DNA from: a virus
Lineage: Duplodnaviria > Caudoviricetes
Direction: 5' to 3' (one strand)
Length of the DNA stretch: 56,132 nt
IMG/VR virus record: IMGVR_UViG_3300049491_000181
Location: 1 to 56,132 of that record
Of the stretch, positions 54,590 to 56,132 are shown in pieces. A model generated the notes under the pieces. That model did no database searches and was not told the origin of the DNA. It saw nothing but the letters and a program-made list of their open reading frames with translations. Each line of letters opens with the position of its first letter. Position 1 is the stretch's first letter. The position numbers were made by a program, and so were the translations under genes.

Positions 54590-55114
54590 ATGGGTTTCAA
54601 CGCAGACAAGTTTCAAAACACGAAGATGGCGGCGCGCACAGAGAAGGTCGAGTGCCGGGCGCTGCGCGATTTCTTCGATGAAGTGCCGGCTATCGACGCG
54701 GCGTTGGCGGCAGGGACGATCACGCCGGAGGAGCACCGGAAGCAGCTGGATGCGGTCTTGGTGTGGGAGGTCCGCGGCCTGACCACGAGCGAGATGGCCC
54801 GGTGTGCCGATGCGGAATCGCGCAACAAGACCGTCACTTCAATGCTCGAAATGGTGGGCGACGTTGCCGGACAGGTCGCCGCGCTTCGCGAGGCCATCGG
54901 GCTGACGAAGGGCACGCCCGGCGAGGTCGCGAAGCGGATCGAGATGTTGGTGGCGGGGTCGGTCAATCCCAAGTGCGACTTGCAGACTGCTGTGCTGGTG
55001 GCGGAGCGGTTCGCCATCGACTTCACCTACATCACCAACCGCATCACGATCCTCACCGGCCAAGGCTTCGACATTGTAAAGCCCGCAGCCGCCTCGCAAG
55101 CGATCACGGTCTAG
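54590..55114 (+). CDS. Tail assembly chaperone, G-like (174 aa)
   Basis: GAGG RBS; between major tail and tape measure genes. Confidence 0.7.
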   Translation: MGFNADKFQNTKMAARTEKVECRALRDFFDEVPAIDAALAAGTITPEEHRKQLDAVLVWEVRGLTTSEMARCADAESRNKTVTSMLEMVGDVAGQVAALREAIGLTKGTPGEVAKRIEMLVAGSVNPKCDLQTAVLVAERFAIDFTYITNRITILTGQGFDIVKPAAASQAITV

Positions 55115-55275
55115 AGGCCACGATGATCATGCTTGAGCAACGGGGCGGCTTTCTTTGGGAGCACCGGCCGGACATCATTCCGCAGGGGATGGTGACGAAC
55201 GAAGAATTGTCACTGTGGTCGGCGTATTACGAGCGCCAAGCCGCGGCACGCAAGGCCGGAGCAAAGAATGGCTGA
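55075..55275 (+). CDS. Tail chaperone GT extension, probable -1 frameshift product
   Basis: Open -1 frame ...FLWEHRPD...EELSLWSAYY overlapping the G stop and the tape measure start. Confidence 0.55.
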   Translation, partial: CKARSRLASDHGLEATMIMLEQRGGFLWEHRPDIIPQGMVTNEELSLWSAYYERQAAARKAGAKNG

Positions 55276-56132
55276 CGTAAGCAAGGCCGTCGCGATCCTC
55301 CTGGAAGGGAAGGACAACGGCGCGTCTGCCGTTCTCGATAAGGTCAACGCCGCGATGGCCAACATGGCCATTCAACAGGCGAAGGGCGCCGCAGAAGCCG
55401 CTGCCGCAAATGAGAAGTGGAAGACCTCCGCGATCAACTTGGACCTCCAGGCGAAGGCCGCGGCCGAAGCTGCCGCCGCGCTGAAGAAACAGGGCGAGGC
55501 CGCTGGCGAGGCGGGCGACGCCACTGACAAAACCAGCGGCAAGACCTTCAACCTTGTCTCGGCCATGAAGCTGCTGGCCGGGTCGATTGTGGTCAAAGAG
55601 TTTATCGACGCCAACGTGGCGGCGGAGCAGTTTAACAAGGCGATGACGATCATCACCGGCTCCAGCGCGGAGGCGGCCAAAGAGTTCGAGTTCATCAAGA
55701 ATCTTGCCAACACACTCGGCGTCGAGATTGGAATTCTGTCGAAGTCGTACATCTCCCTGAGTGCCGCGAGCCAGGGCACGGCGCTGGAGGGGCAGGCGAC
55801 CAAGGACATTTTTGAGGCCATCGTCAAAGCGATGACATCGCTTGGCAAGACCGGGCCGCAGGTCGAAAGCGCGCTGAAGGCCGTCGAGCAGATGATGTCG
55901 AAGGGCACGGTGTCCGCCGAAGAATTGCGCGGGCAGCTGTCGGAGCACTTGCCGGGCGCTTTTCAACTTGCTGCTGCCGCGACCGGCAAGACGACGCAAG
56001 AGCTTGGCGCGTTCCTGAAGACTGGTGGACTCCTCACTGACGAATTCTTGCCGAAGTTTGCCGACCAAATCAACAAGACGTTTGGTGACACGAAGCAGGT
56101 GTCCGGCTACGTTGCCGAAATGGCGAAGTTGA
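55268..56132 (+). CDS. Tape measure protein, N-terminal part (continues to 1325)
   Basis: QMMSKGTVSAEELRGQLSEHLPGAF tape-measure domain motif; open to the window end. Confidence 0.9.
   Translation, partial: MADVSKAVAILLEGKDNGASAVLDKVNAAMANMAIQQAKGAAEAAAANEKWKTSAINLDLQAKAAAEAAAALKKQGEAAGEAGDATDKTSGKTFNLVSAMKLLAGSIVVKEFIDANVAAEQFNKAMTIITGSSAEAAKEFEFIKNLANTLGVEIGILSKSYISLSAASQGTALEGQATKDIFEAIVKAMTSLGKTGPQVESALKAVEQMMSKGTVSAEELRGQLSEHLPGAFQLAAAATGKTTQELGAFLKTGGLLTDEFLPKFADQINKTFGDTKQVSGYVAEMAKL
56007..56132. repeat. Terminal overlap, copy 2
   Basis: Identical to 7-132. Confidence 0.95.

Noticed and set aside
53019-56068. Long minus-strand ORFs (394 aa and 297 aa)
   Set aside because: Antisense to the major tail and tape measure genes; codon-bias shadows

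Overview
This window is an apparently complete, circularly assembled siphophage genome: bases 7-132 are identical to 56007-56132, giving a 56,000-bp unit. It is GC-rich, and a proteobacterial host is my inference. The plus-strand arm (32.2 kb to the end, wrapping to 8.5 kb) holds a RepB-type primase, a D5 helicase, a large palindromic origin candidate, terminase and portal. It continues with a ~10-kb block of accessory adhesin/fibre-like genes, then head genes, a methyltransferase plus Maf/DUF115-like transferase pair right after the capsid gene, tail genes, and displaced neck genes. The minus-strand arm (32.1 to 8.6 kb) holds an SNF2 helicase, an SSB-like gene, and many small early genes behind repeated promoter/operator units, including DUF932. 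It also carries a 7-deazaguanine DNA-modification cluster (queC, queD, queE, folE, dpdA-like), a sliding-clamp-like gene, a family A polymerase and a nuclease. A 2,945-bp ISL3-family transposon (24-bp TIRs, 8-bp TSD ATCAAAAC) interrupts a small membrane-protein gene; it carries five phage-like passenger genes and a transposase with a degenerate HNH-like tail. I recognised no integrase, repressor, endolysin, tRNA or CRISPR array. All calls come from reading motifs by eye, without database searches.
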